DNA of 64,000 bases, from contig CAJINV010000003.1 of assembly GCA_905178155.1 (NCBI GenBank), forward strand, positions 7,460,601-7,524,600, given 5' to 3'. Shown in pieces: positions 48,655-61,782 of the stretch; the stretch's first letter is position 1, and each line of letters begins with the position of its first letter. The notes under the pieces were generated by a model, which saw only the letters and a list, made by a program, of their open reading frames with translations, was not told the DNA's origin and did no database searches. The position numbers and the translations under genes were made by a program. The stretch is from Amoebophrya sp. A120 (Eukaryota; Protista; Dinoflagellata).

Positions 48655-51600
48655 TGACTTCGCCTGGGAATAATGCTGAGCCGTGGGCATTATCCACTGA
48701 TCCCATCCAGCATTCTGCACTGGAGCCGGGGCGTACCTGTAGTGATAAACATTTTTCTTTTTTGACAAAAAATCTTTATTCATTATGCGTATACCGAGGA
48801 TGCGATGTTGCAGTTGCGTCCCCATCAGAAACACACGAGGAGAAAAGCAGTACTTTTACAAATTTTTCGTTCTTGATGAAAAAGTTAAAGCGGTGGCGCT
48901 TTCTTTCTATATCATTCTTGCTCATCTCTAAATTCATTCAATACAATGGCGTGGACGGCGGCAGCGCGTGGTAAGGACTCGGCGGGTAGTACCACTGCGA
49001 AAAATCCGCGTACTGATGCATTTTATGAAATTCAAAACAATCAGCGAGCTCAATGGCAAGGGATGTCCATGAAAAGAGCACGGCTCGCACAAGTAAACTA
49101 TCTCAAATTCTCTAAAGTTAAGTGTAAAATCGTCAGAGTGCAGGTGCACTATAAGTCAACCTGCCGCTGTAAATGCAAAAGAGTGAACACCACATAACAC
49201 GATGTGCTGAGCATGACCATGGAGATGCACTATAAACACAGGTACACTTGTGTACGCAACAAGCACCGATGTCATTCCAATTTTGCAAGCAAACCGCGTT
49301 CGCAAAACGCACTACAGAGGACTGCACTGGGCTCATCTTCCGTTTGTTTCACTGTCGCATTCCGGGGACCACAAGCCTCCGGCGGTGGCATCCCCGCCCG
49401 GCACACCAGCCGTCGGCCCCGGTGTCGGGGATCCGTAGTACGCTGCCGCCATATTATAGTGCGCCACCGGAGAAAGCATCTGGTGTGCGGGTGAACAGTG
49501 AATTTGAGATATATCGGCCAGGTCCTGCTGCGAGATGGCCGCCGTGCTATGAACCACCCCCGCACTGTGCGGGTCCGCCACCACCGCGGACGACCGCGGC
49601 GCGACCACCGATTTCGAAGTGGTAGTGTCGTCGGCTCCCACCAGAGAGGACTGGTCGCCACCGCTTGGTCCTCGTTGTTCTTGGCACCGTTTCTGCTCCT
49701 CTTCTTCCCGATCGCGCACAAATTTTGGCGTGTTAGCGTGAAGCACCTCTGCAGGGGACTTCTCCAAAGTCATCAGCTCCTCGATCGAGGCCTCATTTTC
49801 GCTCAGCTCGACCTCCTCGTCTGCATCTTGCGCGGCTGTCGACGGCGATCCGGTATTTGTCGTCCCGCCTCCAGTATCCTGTGCAAAAGTATCGTACTCG
49901 TATTGCAATCATGCATTACAATTTTTTTTCTGAAGGCAAATCCGCATTACAGATTTTATTTCTCATGCTGAGGAAATTTGTAATGCATCTATACGAGTAC
50001 GATACTTTTGCAATGCATATCCAGGTCGCGCAGTGGCGTCTTCGAGATCTAACATCTCCTTCGATGTTGATGAAGTTGAACAAGCCCCTGCTCGTTTGAT
50101 ATTTTCATCTACGCTCTTCGTGCTACCACCAGCGGTCGTGGACGAGGAATTAACAGCCCCGTAAATTTTTGTTGAACAACTACCATCAGCAAGATGCGTA
50201 TCGCTACCTACATTGCCGTTGCCGCTTGCAGTCAGACTGGTCGACGAGCCGCCGTCAGCAGTCAAACTGGAATTATCGGTGCCGATCGCGCATGGCTTCT
50301 TCGTCACCCCCTGGTCTTCCTGCACGGCGTGTTCCACCAACGGAGATTCCACCAGGTGCGGCAAATCATCAAGCTCTTCGTCGAGGGGGCTTTGTTCGCT
50401 TTTTATTACCCCAGGACCGACGTGCCCTGCCGCACTAGCATTGGTTGTAGCCGCTAGGACAACTCCTTGCGTTCCTGGCTCACTTGTTGATGTGTGGGTT
50501 TTGTTCTCTTCAGCTGCAACTGTTACGATTTTGTCGGAAGCTAATGTAGTTGCACCATTTATCCCCAGAGGAGTGCCTTCGGTGAGTGCCTTGTTCGAGG
50601 ACAAGCTGCCACCCCCGTCCGAAGAGGTCTGCCCCGTGTAGTCCTGGTCCGGAGCTAGGCGAGCGAGCTCATCGGCCTGCTTCTGGAGCATGGCCTTCAG
50701 TTGGAGCTTCTTCTTCTTTTTCTTGCGCCCGTTCTCCTTCTCCTTGTTGTTGAGACAACACGCAGGAAGATTCGACGACGTGTGGTCACGTGCACCGCCA
50801 TTGCCCGCGTCTCCTGTGGCATCAGCAACGGCCTGATCTTGCTCCACCGACGTCGTGGTGGGCTCATTATTTGGTGATATGTTTTTGTCCATCAAGGCGC
50901 GTTCCGTACTCAGGACAGCACCCGGAAGTGCGGGATCCGGAGTGGTCCCTACCGTCACCTCAACCGTGGAAGGACACCCCGAGCCCGCCACTTTTTTTAC
51001 CGATGCATGTCCTCCCTGCTCAGAAACAACTGCTGCACCGTCTACAGCGGTATGATCCTCCCCTTCGTGATGCCGCGGCGCGTCTTCAGCGACTTCCTCT
51101 TCTTCGATTGGATGCTCCACCTCCATACCTGCAATCATATTGTCACGACTGAACACCTGAAGACCCCACGTTCTTTTTTTATGCTCTTGCAGTTCATCCG
51201 TGCAGCGGCAACCGCCGGCACGATAGATGTAGTCGTAGTAGACAAGGCTGCTCGAAATAATTTTACAGATGAACAAGTAGTACGTAGTATTTTTACAAAT
51301 ACTAACCCGGCTGGAAAGAATCCTTCTGGTGCATGACGACAGCACACAAGCACTACAAACCGGCGTCGAAAAATCGACGAAAGATCAAGATGACAAAGCA
51401 GAAAGTCACCAACTAGATTTTTACATAGTTGCACTACATTGGTTCGTTTCATGCATATGCTTATTTGTGTATTTACCTTCTTCGTCTTCCACTTCGAGAA
51501 TGGTGCTCGGAACACCCTTTTTCAAAATTACTCCCGTGCTTCCATAGCCCTTCTTCATGCGGCGCCGCAAGCGTTGGCCCATCCGATCGTCCGCAACCTC

Positions 51601-52179
51601 TTTGCCACTCGCAGACTGCTGGCTGACGCCTCCCGCCGTTTGTTCGGAAGTGCTCGAAGACGACACCGACGTCGTGGAAGCGGCAGCAACCTTCCCACCC
51701 TCCGCAGCATCGTGAGAAGTTGTCGGGTCGTCACTAGCATTAAGCCCATTTTCCGTAGGATCCACCTGCGCCGGAGCCAAAAGACCGTGGATATTTTTGT
51801 CGCCAAGACCTTGAACGTCCTGCTCCCCAGTAGGGCTTTCAACCACGGTTTCCCCTTCCAAAGCCGGGGCGCCAGTGCCACTATTAAAGGAGCCCTGGGT
51901 CGTGCCTTGTTGCGGCAGTACCCCCACATCGTTGTTGATGTCCACCACATTGCTCGGGTGATGTTCCGTTGCTACGGTTGTCGTCACGGCTGCTGAGGCT
52001 GTTTCTTTCTTTTTGTTTTTCAGATGGTTGAAAACAAAGACAATGATCTGAAAGATCGCCAGCCAAAGCAGGATCTCGTTCCCCAGCCGCCGAACCACGT
52101 CTACGAGCGCCGACACCACCATGACAAGGTTCGTATGATTTTGTCGGTTCGTATGATTTTGTCTTGTCCCGAAGCCCAA
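48655..52179 (-). CDS. Low-complexity exons with an N-terminal hydrophobic helix; probably the 5' part of the PPR gene, or a separate gene
   Basis: ORFs 51421-52179 (ILLWLAIFQIIVFVF), 49963-51345 and 49333-49908 join in frame (DATARPG|GGTTNT across the introner at 49875-50019). Further Y/P-rich exon-like pieces occur near 48950 and 48700. Confidence 0.55.
49875..50019. mobile_element. Introner joining ORFs 49963-51345 and 49333-49908
   Basis: tgcaaaagtatcgtactcgtat inverted repeat with TAT/ATA ends; TSD tccag. Confidence 0.9.
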
Positions 52180-53623
52180 ATAATCACCCTTCTCTTGGTC
52201 CTAAAGCAGAACACCTATGCTGGGACACTCTTTACTTGATACCGCGGCGGCTGTATATCCAACGACAAACGGATATAAGTTGGTGCTGCGAGTGGGAGTG
52301 CCTACTCCAGGGCTGCAGCACGGCTTTTTACCCGTTCGTGTTATCGCAAAATATTCACGCTGAACAGAGGAACCTGCTGCTCTCCGCGCGCTGGCCCGTG
52401 CCGTCAATCATCAAGAGGATCCCATACAACCCGATCGGAACTGTTATATTCTATATCTATTTACCTTGCAGCTGCAAGTAGAACGAACGAAAGACAAGAC
52501 TTTCGATCATGTAATTGCAGAAATAGAATCGAGCGAAGATGTTCATGTTTCAGCTCCAGTTGCGTGCCGGAATCCGGCATGTAGCACCTTTTCAATAAAA
52601 TCTACCGCAGCGCTGCTTCTATTTTCTCAGCTTTACAACTACCAAAACCACATACATAGGAGTCCTGCAAACGAAACTACGACTGTACCGTGACTGACCC
52701 TTACTACGCGCACGACATGTAGCTCGTTTTCTTGTATGCAATCAATAACTGACGAAAGGATATCGTCGAGAAAAACCTTTTTTGGCAAACAAATCGAAAT
52801 GAAACAAAAATAACAAACTATGAAAGGTGGTCAAAAACAAAACATACCATTATATCAGTAGCAATATACAACGAAACTTCGAGAAAAATAAAATAGTACC
52901 GAGAAAATCAGCTGGGCAGGCTGATTGTTTTTTTCGCAGACACAAGTACATCTATCTAGCCCAACAAAGTGCGCTTGGTTTGTTTCCCTGAAGGTGGTTG
53001 TTGGTAAGCAGTCAAACACGACGAACCACACCTTCAAAGTCTCATAAAGAGCTCCCGCGATTGCATGGTGATCATGATGATGATCAGATCCGGAGCAGAT
53101 CGATCAAACTACAACAAACAAGCAGAGCAGAAAAACAGAATGAATCATATGTCAGATCCAAATCGTGATCGTCTTTTGATCTCCCGCTGTGAATGTATGA
53201 TGCGACTGGTCTCGAGCGATGCCATACCGTCTTATGCGCGGCCGTATGTGCTTTTGCAAATGGAAAAGACTATGAATGAAGTGCTTGCTTGTATACAAAC
53301 ATCGCAGAGAAGCTATGTGGCTACGCTATGTTCTGCTTCTGCCAAAATTGCAAGAAAATTTACATTTGATCTGTTTTTCCGTTTCGCAATGAAGATGATG
53401 TTTACAAAGGTCAATGCTCAGGCTTTCTCGTTCTCTGTGCGCAACAATGCAACGACTGAAAGATGAAACAGCGCGCGTCGGGGAAGAAAACATTCGCGAG
53501 GTCTGTATCGTGCGAGGTCTTTCTCGAACACATCGCATTCACAACAATTTCAGACTCAGAGTGAACGGAACGCTCGCGCAGCTGCACGACAAGCTATTCG
53601 ATTCCATTCACCCGATCGCGATC

Positions 53624-54677
53624 GAGAGCCTGGAGCCGGGAGGCCGCCTGGCTTTTGAACCGGGCTCAGGGTTCAGGGCTCAGAGGGCGCCGGCGCGCAT
53701 GCAGATTGTTGCTTGGGCCGGCCGCCCGCAGCGGGGTAGTAGCGAGCGCAGCGGCCCCATTTGGCCGGCAGGCCAGAATGCTTGCCGGTGGCCCAGCTCG
53801 GTCCGTGTTTCGCGGCGCTTTTTTTTCCCAGAATGCTCTGCGCCCCGCGAGGAATCCGAGGGCCAGCTTTCGGCGTGCTATTCCTGATCCAAAAGCGGCG
53901 GGCCCACCACCCTTGACGCCCCGCGCAGCAACCTGGCTAGCGGACAAAGAAACGCCAACGATATTGGGCGGGGGGGGGTTGGCCCACCGCCTGGGCGCCG
54001 TGCCTGCCATTACCTGCCGGCCCCCTGGCTGGGGGGGGCCGTATTTTGCCCCGCGGGCTCACGCGCTTGGCGGTAGCCGCATTCGCCTGCGCGCCTGCTC
54101 AAGCTGTTGTGGTTGGCCTGCAGGCTATGTCCGTGCGCGCGCGCGCCGGCGGGGGGGCCGGGTCACTGACTTAACTTCACCTCGGACGCGGCGGGCCCAC
54201 GCCGGCAAGCCCTCGCGCCCCTTGGGCCAGCTTGGCGCGCCCGCATGCCTGCGGCAAGCCGGGCAGCTACATGGAGTGGGCCGGCCGGCTGCTCACAATG
54301 GGCGGCCAGTTGCTTGGCTGGGCAGGGTAGGTCGGTCCGCCGCGCGGGGCGGTGGCGTGAGTGTGTTGGGCCCGAATATTGGCGGGCCGCGCAACGGAGA
54401 TCCCCCGCGCTATGTATTTGGGCCAGGTCCCCGCGCCTGGTGGAGGTCGCTGGCCGCTGTTGCACGGGGCCCCCACCTGGCCGGCCGCCTCTCAGCCCCC
54501 AACCTGCATGGGTAGGCGGCGGGGCGCGCGCGGGCCGTTCGGGCACATGGGCCGAGTACTCGCGCCCCACATGTAGTGGGCCAGGAGGGCGGCGCCGGCC
54601 TTGGGGGCATGTGGCCACGAGGGGGGAGGAGGGTAGCGCACTTACGAGTTGAAAACTTACGTTTTGAGGGGGCCATA
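53624..54677. mobile_element. 1054-bp very GC-rich insert flanked by a perfect 42-bp direct repeat
   Basis: ctgcacgacaagctattcgattccattcacccgatcgcgatc at 53582-53623 and 54678-54719; composition shifts abruptly at both edges. Confidence 0.8.
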
Positions 54678-55387
54678 CTGCACGACAAGCTATTCGATTC
54701 CATTCACCCGATCGCGATCTGGGTAGCAGGAGTCGAAAATCAGGATGAAATATTGGGTAGGCTGTAAAAGAACTTTTGAAAGTGAATTACACACAATCTC
54801 GTCATGGGCAAGGCCACGGCCCGACATTCGACGGCAGAAAATATAGAGGTTTTCATCACTGCAGAGCATCGAGTATTCTTCCCATCAATGCATCAATTTG
54901 ATTGAACTAACGGGCGTTTCTGTTTGTATCTATCCCTCAAGGTCCATTCTCCTGCTATTGTAAGTCTAAGTCAGTGTGCGTATAGGACGCGGGTACTGGT
55001 CACTTCTATTAAGCTGCCACCATGGCGCACACCTCACGTTGTTCTCCTTGTTGTGCCTTGGTGTGCTAGAGAATTGCGTCGGTCCGTGTCGTGTCAACCT
55101 CAAGCGCATGAGCAATCTGACATCCAAACCCGATCTGTCTGGTTCAAAAAAAAGTAACAGGGACTAGAACCGTCCGTTTCTGCGCTACAGCGGTACAAAA
55201 AACCATTTGCAACGAACACGAACAAACTGAAGTGACAGTGGCGTGAGTCCATGTAACGAATATTGATGATATTTCTCCTGTACTAAATTAATAAAAGTGA
55301 GTTCATAGGTAATTACTTACTTCTGCATCGGTCACAAGAACAGCAGGAAGAACACCTTCCAGAGAAGTGAATGTGGAACGATCTGGA

Positions 55388-58300
55388 TTACTTCTTCGGT
55401 CCCAGCAGCGCCTTGAATTTTGATGCGCCGGTTCCACCAAAGGGCGACGCACCGCCACTCGCGCTCGGGGATCCTGCCATGATCGCCAAAGTGTTGCGCG
55501 CCTGCGTCATGTTGTTTTCTCGCACGCCGGGAACGGTGGTTACATGCTGCCCCTTGTTCCACGGAGTCTCCCGGTAGTGCCCCGCTGAGAGCGGTGTGCC
55601 TGCGCATGGATTTTTTACAAATTTCCATGAACGCGCTCTAGTGCTACACTACGATCATCAAGAGCTGACACTATCAAGCGATAGCAAAAAAAAAACGCAA
55701 ACTTGAGTACCTTGGCAAGGGGCGACACCCCGCTCCTTCTCGAGCTTCGCCAAAGACATGTGTGTGTCGTCGATAGTTTCCTCCAGGTCCTTGCAGCTCT
55801 TGACTACACTGTCCAGGATGATTGCCAGCTGCTTCTGCAGCCCACTGCAGTCATGGTCAACGTGTTGCAGCATTTTGCCCGTCTCGATCGCCAGGCTCGT
55901 CAACTCCTGCTTTCGCCGCTCTTCGTACCCGGTCTCTGCCAGCACAAAACGGTGGCACCGCAGCATCAAATGCCGAGCGAACCGGGGCTCTACGCCAAGT
56001 GCCTGAAAGTAATGGAACGGACCCACACTATGTCTATATTATCATATCGAGCGCTGTGTAGAAGTGCGTGAAGACACTTTCAGCCACGATTTCAGACTCA
56101 TCTTTCACGCGAAGTTCATCCGAAGTTAGTTGATGCATACATCTGGATCTGCAAGCTTGCGCTCGCATTTCAATTTGAATTTCAAGAACCAAGTAGTGTA
56201 GTAGACCTAGTCCTAGACACAATTGATATTTGATTTATAAAAAATATGTCCAGCATTAACAAGTGCAGTACCTCGAGGTCTTCAAAGGTGATTGGCTCGC
56301 GGATGTAGGCCATTTGTTCCTTTTGTATTTGCATTGTGCCCTTTGCCAGCAGCTTCTTTTTGCTCCCAGAACCGGACTTGGAGGACTGTCGACTGATCTG
56401 CTGCTCCCCGTCCTCTGCATCGTCACCCTCCTCGCCACCGCCGCCCTCAGCACCGGGCGGCTGAGAAGCGGGGTCTTTACTCGCGGGACTTTGATTCGCA
56501 CCAGATGCGGGTGACGTTTTGCCGTCTGGCCTCGCATCGTTTTCGTCTGCGACCGGCGGCTCATCGACGTCCCCGCCGCTTTGTTTCGTTTTTTCGCCGT
56601 CTGGGATCATCATGTCGTCCGGATTTATTACGGCGTCTTCCCCGGTCCGTTCCGCCTTCTCGATCTCCTCGTCTTCGCCCTCGGCCATCCGATGCGCCCC
56701 TTCCTGCAGCAGGTAGCGCCGAAGCTTCCGCGAAGATCGACCACCAAGGGCAGCCCTAATCTTGTTTTCCCTGTGCCGCTCCTGTGTAGTACTCGATACT
56801 GACGACGACGTTCTTGCGAGTCGTGCACGTAGCGTTGAAAACGCCTCCCTTTCCCGGTTTTCGCGCATCGAAAAATTCGTCATTTCGATGCCGCCGCTTG
56901 AATCATGCTCGTCATCTGTTCGTGGAGATGATGATGAAGCGCTCCCTCCTCTCTGTTGATTGTGGAACGTGGTGCGCGACGTAGTGAAGCACTCGGGCCC
57001 CGTGGCAGAGGGGAGCGGTGAACGGGAACCCGAAGAGGAAGAACCGTCCGACCACCATGGCGGCGGCTCCATAGCGTGCGTTCCCTCTGCAGGCACGGAC
57101 ACGGCGGGCTCAGCGTTCTTGCTTGCGCTGCGCGGAACAACGACCCCGGAACCCCCCGTGTTACTCAGTGGTTCCTTGGACCCGCCCTTGGACGACGGCG
57201 CCTCCCCACTGCTGGACCGCTTCTTGGCCATCTGCTCAGCCTCAAGCATCGAAAGCCGATTTCCACCGTCCTTACTTTCGTGCCGTAAACTCTCCTCGAA
57301 GGCCGCGCGGTCCGCATTGCGCTTCTCTGTCCGCTGCTCGAGAATAGTCGGCCGCCCGTACACTTCCCCTTGCGGCGACTCCTCCACCATAGCTTCGTAC
57401 ACCTCTTCGTACGACATCTGCTCGTCGAGAAACAGGTACCCGAATTTCTTCGGGTGGAAAAATCGAAACACCTTGTACTCTGGCATGGGATCGATTACCT
57501 CCTTCTTAAGATACTGCTTCCGCTGCAGATACCAATCAATGGCCCAACTTTTTTCGAAGAAGACGTCCGCAATCTGGGACCCCAAACCCTGCGTTTCGCC
57601 CACTGTGTCGCGAAAACTGGCGGTTTTTGGATGTAGTTTTAGTTTAGTTTTTGACTTTCCCAACATCTGGATACTAGTGCATCACAGTTGCGGGGACATT
57701 CATTCGTCCTTGTTTTTATTTTTGAAATAAATTCATTTTTGGCTGCACGTGCAAGTGCAACGAGCTTGATGTCGGCATACTAAGTGAAGATTGGCGAGCC
57801 TACTTAGCTCAAGCGAGCCAGAACATAAAAAAAAAGCCCTGGTGCACTCCTAGTCCAACTTTCATTCTGAAATTGCAGTACCTGTAGTAGTGATCGAATA
57901 CGATGGCCACGAGCAGGTTCATCAGGATGTACCAATTAATCACCATAAAGGACCAGAACCACAGGTAGGCAGTGATTGGCGACACCTCCATCAGCGCATC
58001 CATATCGATATTCCCCAACAGAGCCATCATACTGGTATTGATGGCACCCATGATACTCGACCAATCCTGATATTTTCAATTATATATTTTCAACTACATC
58101 AGTGCTTCTCTACTAGTGGTCAGTCGCCGTAACGTTCAAAAAGTGGCTAGTGGTCCCAAATACATCAACTGGTTCATCGTCATTATGATATATGTATGAT
58201 TCCTCATCTTACTTCCTCATCGAGTGGAAATTAAGCATGATACGTCGCTGCTGGTTCCGAACATGAGATTGCCGCCGATCGCAAAGTTGACGAAGACGAC

Positions 58301-61300
58301 GGCAAAAACAATTAGAAAGTGGCCCATGTCCAGGAGAGACTTCAACAACGTGGACGAGATTTGCGACAGCCTGGGCTGCCCCTGGAAGTTCTTGAAGAAG
58401 CGAAGCATCAGCACCAGGGTATACCAGTAGAGAAACATGAACTGCACGTCCTGGGAGTCGGACAGGGAACTCAGGTCGTCCACGATGCGCGTCCACTTCG
58501 ATTGGTACAACGCGGATCCTTATCAAATGCAACCATTTCCGAGTCTCCTGGAAGTCTACTGCAGAGGACCGTAGAGCACACTTACTTTATTTTGTTTGTT
58601 TAAAAAGCGAGAATTATATGAAACGTTTGTTTCGGCATTTCTTCGTAAAAAAAAATTACTCGGGGTGCGGGTCCCCGCATTGGTGCAATGCCTGTGCTGC
58701 GTGACCACGGGAAAGCACACGACATCACCTAGGATGTCGCAATTCTTCCTTGTACTTGATGTTCCGGTAGTAAGTTGAATTATGTTTCATAGCCGATGGT
58801 ACAAATTTAAATTTTTGTTTGCTACAGAACGAGCTGCGCCGCGTATTGATTCTGCATCACTTACTATGCCAAGTCTGTGTCCTCTATCAACGACTTTCCA
58901 GAGCCCGACATCATGTTTGCAGTGGGTATAGTCGCAGCCGTTTCCGGGGTGGGCCCCAGGTCCGCGATCAAGTCCCCGACGGACTGCGTGCGAAGCACAA
59001 TGTTGAACCAAAGGAAGGAGATGACGAACCCCGCTATAATGCTGAGCCAGTCGACCAAATTCCAGAAGTCCGACAGGTAGAAGGACAGCAGCCCGCTCCG
59101 CTTTGCGTTGATCACCTCGAAACCCTCCTGGTAGAGCAGCTGGGAGATCATGGCGAGGAAGATCAGGTCCGGCACGATGTACCAGAAAGTCGGGTACATG
59201 TTTGCGGAGATGGCGGCCACCTTCATGCGCTTCTCCATGTAGCCACCGTTTTCGAAGGTGAAGGTCAGCGTGAGCAGGGAGTACAGCCGCACCTCCGCGT
59301 TGAAAAACGCGCCCTGGAACTGCACCTCTTCCGTAGCCCCGTCCAGCCACTGGAAGGGCCGCAGCGTGTACTCAATGTCCTCCAGCGGCCCCGCCGTGGA
59401 GGCCAGTGGCCTACCCACGTCGAAAAGGCAGTCAAAGTAGCCGTCTGTCTGGTCCTTCACCGGCTCAAAGCACCGGTGGCTCACGCCCTTCCAATTGCTG
59501 GTCTCCTCGTCACCCGTGCGGCAGTCGGCATTGTAAAACTCCTGCAGCTCCGGGTTCACGTCGCAGTCCGACGTCGTTTTCAGCCGCTTCTGCCGCAATC
59601 GTATGCCGCCAATCTGGAATCAATTTCAAATTTTCTTCATTATTTTCAGTTTAAACAAAAAAAATTCTCACGCCCGTGGTCCTTACGCATTGATTTGAGG
59701 CGGTTCATGTTGTCGGGCGGCAGCACAAGGTAGGTGCGTTGGAGTTTACTTTTAAAGTTAAACCAAATTGATGTTGAAAAGTAATAAAGAGCTACGAGCT
59801 GGTTCGTGACGTAGAGGCGTCCCGGTCTCTTCGCGATTGCAACAGGGGCTACTATCACAGGTCCTGTGCTAGGTGCAGTCGTTTCTGCATTGGTCTCGTT
59901 ACCGGCTAGACTTGGATCTGTCGTAGTCGTCGTAGTCGTCGTGGTCGTCCTGTGTTGTGTGTGTATCATTTACTTAAGCTGGATTTTTTGGATAACAAAT
60001 ACGGATATCTTTTAAATGTTGTCGCGCTTGCTATTGATATAGATTGCTGTGCTAAACACAGCAACTCGGGCAAAAAAGCGAACTTTTCCCATCCGTTCCC
60101 AATATCCTCCAACTATCCTGAAGATACCCTCCCAGTATCCTACTAGGAAATCTTTTCCCCAGGTAGCCAGAATTGCTGCGCCAAACACAGCAACTTGGGC
60201 AAACAAACGAACTTTTCCCGCCCATTCCCAATATCCTCCAACTATCCTGAAGATACCCTTCCAGTATCCTAGTAGGAAATCTTTTCCCCAGGTAGCCAGA
60301 ATAGCTATGCTAAACGCAATAATTCGGAAAAAAAAACTTCCCATCCGCTTCCAGTATCCTCCTCCTAGCCTGCAAATTCTCTGCCAATATCCTACTGGAA
60401 ACCTTCCCTCTGGGTAGCCAGAATACCTATGCTAAACACAACCGCTCGGGAGAAAAGCCAAGCATTCTTCCGGTGCTGCTCCCAAACTGGGGCGCGCTGC
60501 GGATGCGTTTTTAATGTGCTTCCGGCTGAGTTTCCTTGCAGCTGGAAACGCACTGCGGCACGACAGCAGAAGCAGTGTTTTTCTCAGTTGCTGCCGAAAA
60601 CGACGGACCGCGCGCCGTCGCGGCAGGTGAACTCTGTGAAAAATGCTCCTTCTAGCGCAAGTTTGCGATGTCACACCGAGCGGGCGAAGCTATTCGAATC
60701 TCGTCAATTTCTATTTGATTGATCAGATTAAAACTGCGATTTTTTGTTCATCGAATTCGAACCTACACCTTTCTATTATTCTTTCCTACGGGGCTCGCAA
60801 AAGATTGAAAAAGTTTCTATCATCGACATCAATACTCGGTGACGGTGACTTGCTGGAGGGAAAGCTGAATCGCCGCAAAGTCGTTCTCATTCCAGACGAA
60901 GGGAAAGGCACCGTGCTGGATCCAGAACCACAGGCTGTCGATGTTGTCCACGGAGTCGTAGGGCACGGGGTCCTGAAACGCCATGTTGTCGGTTTTCTGC
61001 TTGTACATTTGTGAGCGAAGCTGGTCGCCGGAGTACTCCGGAAAGAACTGACCGTCGGTGACGGATTTCACGTTTAGGTAATTGCGGTTCAACGCGTTTA
61101 CCTGGCACGCCTCCGGCTGGGTGAAATCGGCCCGGGGCACGCAGGCACAGTGGCAGGTGGTTGGACACGCCGAGCCACTCGTGTCGCCGGCCGCGGCCGC
61201 GGGCGTGTTTCCCAGTTCCGGGTAGGCGACCACGCTGACCAGCGCGCCGCCTACGGCGGACTGCACCTGGTAGTTGCTCTCGATCGAGGCGTGCATGCCC

Positions 61301-61782
61301 AGCAACACCAGAAAGTTCACCCAGAGCGCGATCGTGAACGGGATCCCATACGCCGCCTCGTTGAACCACAACTGCGTGTTCAGGTACGTCATCATGTCCG
61401 CACGCGTCACCACGTACTCCTCCGCTTCCTCCTCCTCCCGCCGGTAGTTCGTGCTGCGGTTCCACCACAGTCGCCAGTAGGGCACTTTCGCCAGCTGGCT
61501 CCCCCACCCCTCAGGGAGCTCTTCGAATTGCGGGGCCGGGGGCTGCCCATTGTTGTCCGCGTTTTCCTCCTCCTCGTCTCCTTCCTCGTCGTCCTCATTC
61601 AAGCCCCCACCAAATGTGTCCAGAGCTCCGCCTTCGTCTTCAGTGCCCGAGTTCCCGAAAACGTTCCCTCCGCCGCTGGCCTGCTCGGACCCGGAATTTG
61701 GCTTGTTGTTCTCCTCGTCCTCCTCGGCAGGCGCGTCCGGGTCCTGCTCGACTCCGGGTTCGCCTTCCTCGGGGGCGGACAT
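55388..61782 (-). CDS. Polycystin-2 (PKD2/TRPP)-like cation channel
   Basis: NQL|IGGIRLRQKR, WLDGATEEVQFQGAFFN, YLSDFWNLVDWLSI, LRFFKNFQGQPRLSQISSTL, FAIGGNLMFG, pore and S6 region ALLGNIDM...LMNLLVAIVFDHY. Stop TAA at 55388. Confidence 0.85.
56040..56228. mobile_element. Possible old introner in the PKD2-like gene
   Basis: Only tatca/tgata ends remain; removing the element plus 5 nt joins ORF 56182-57666 to ORF 55658-56026 in frame. Confidence 0.45.
60048..60460. repeat. Intronic tandem repeat with a unit of about 129 bp, 3 copies plus a partial, rich in agtatcct/aatatcct
   Basis: Units start with tgctaaacac-like sequence at about 60050, 60179, 60308 and 60430. Confidence 0.85.

Noticed and set aside
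53655-54515. 286-aa plus-strand ORF as an element-encoded protein
   Set aside because: R/G/A/P-rich and explained by GC content; no recognisable domain.
58521-58870. Possible introner in the PKD2-like gene starting tatcaaatgc
   Set aside because: No matching right TIR and frame-restoring junction could be identified.
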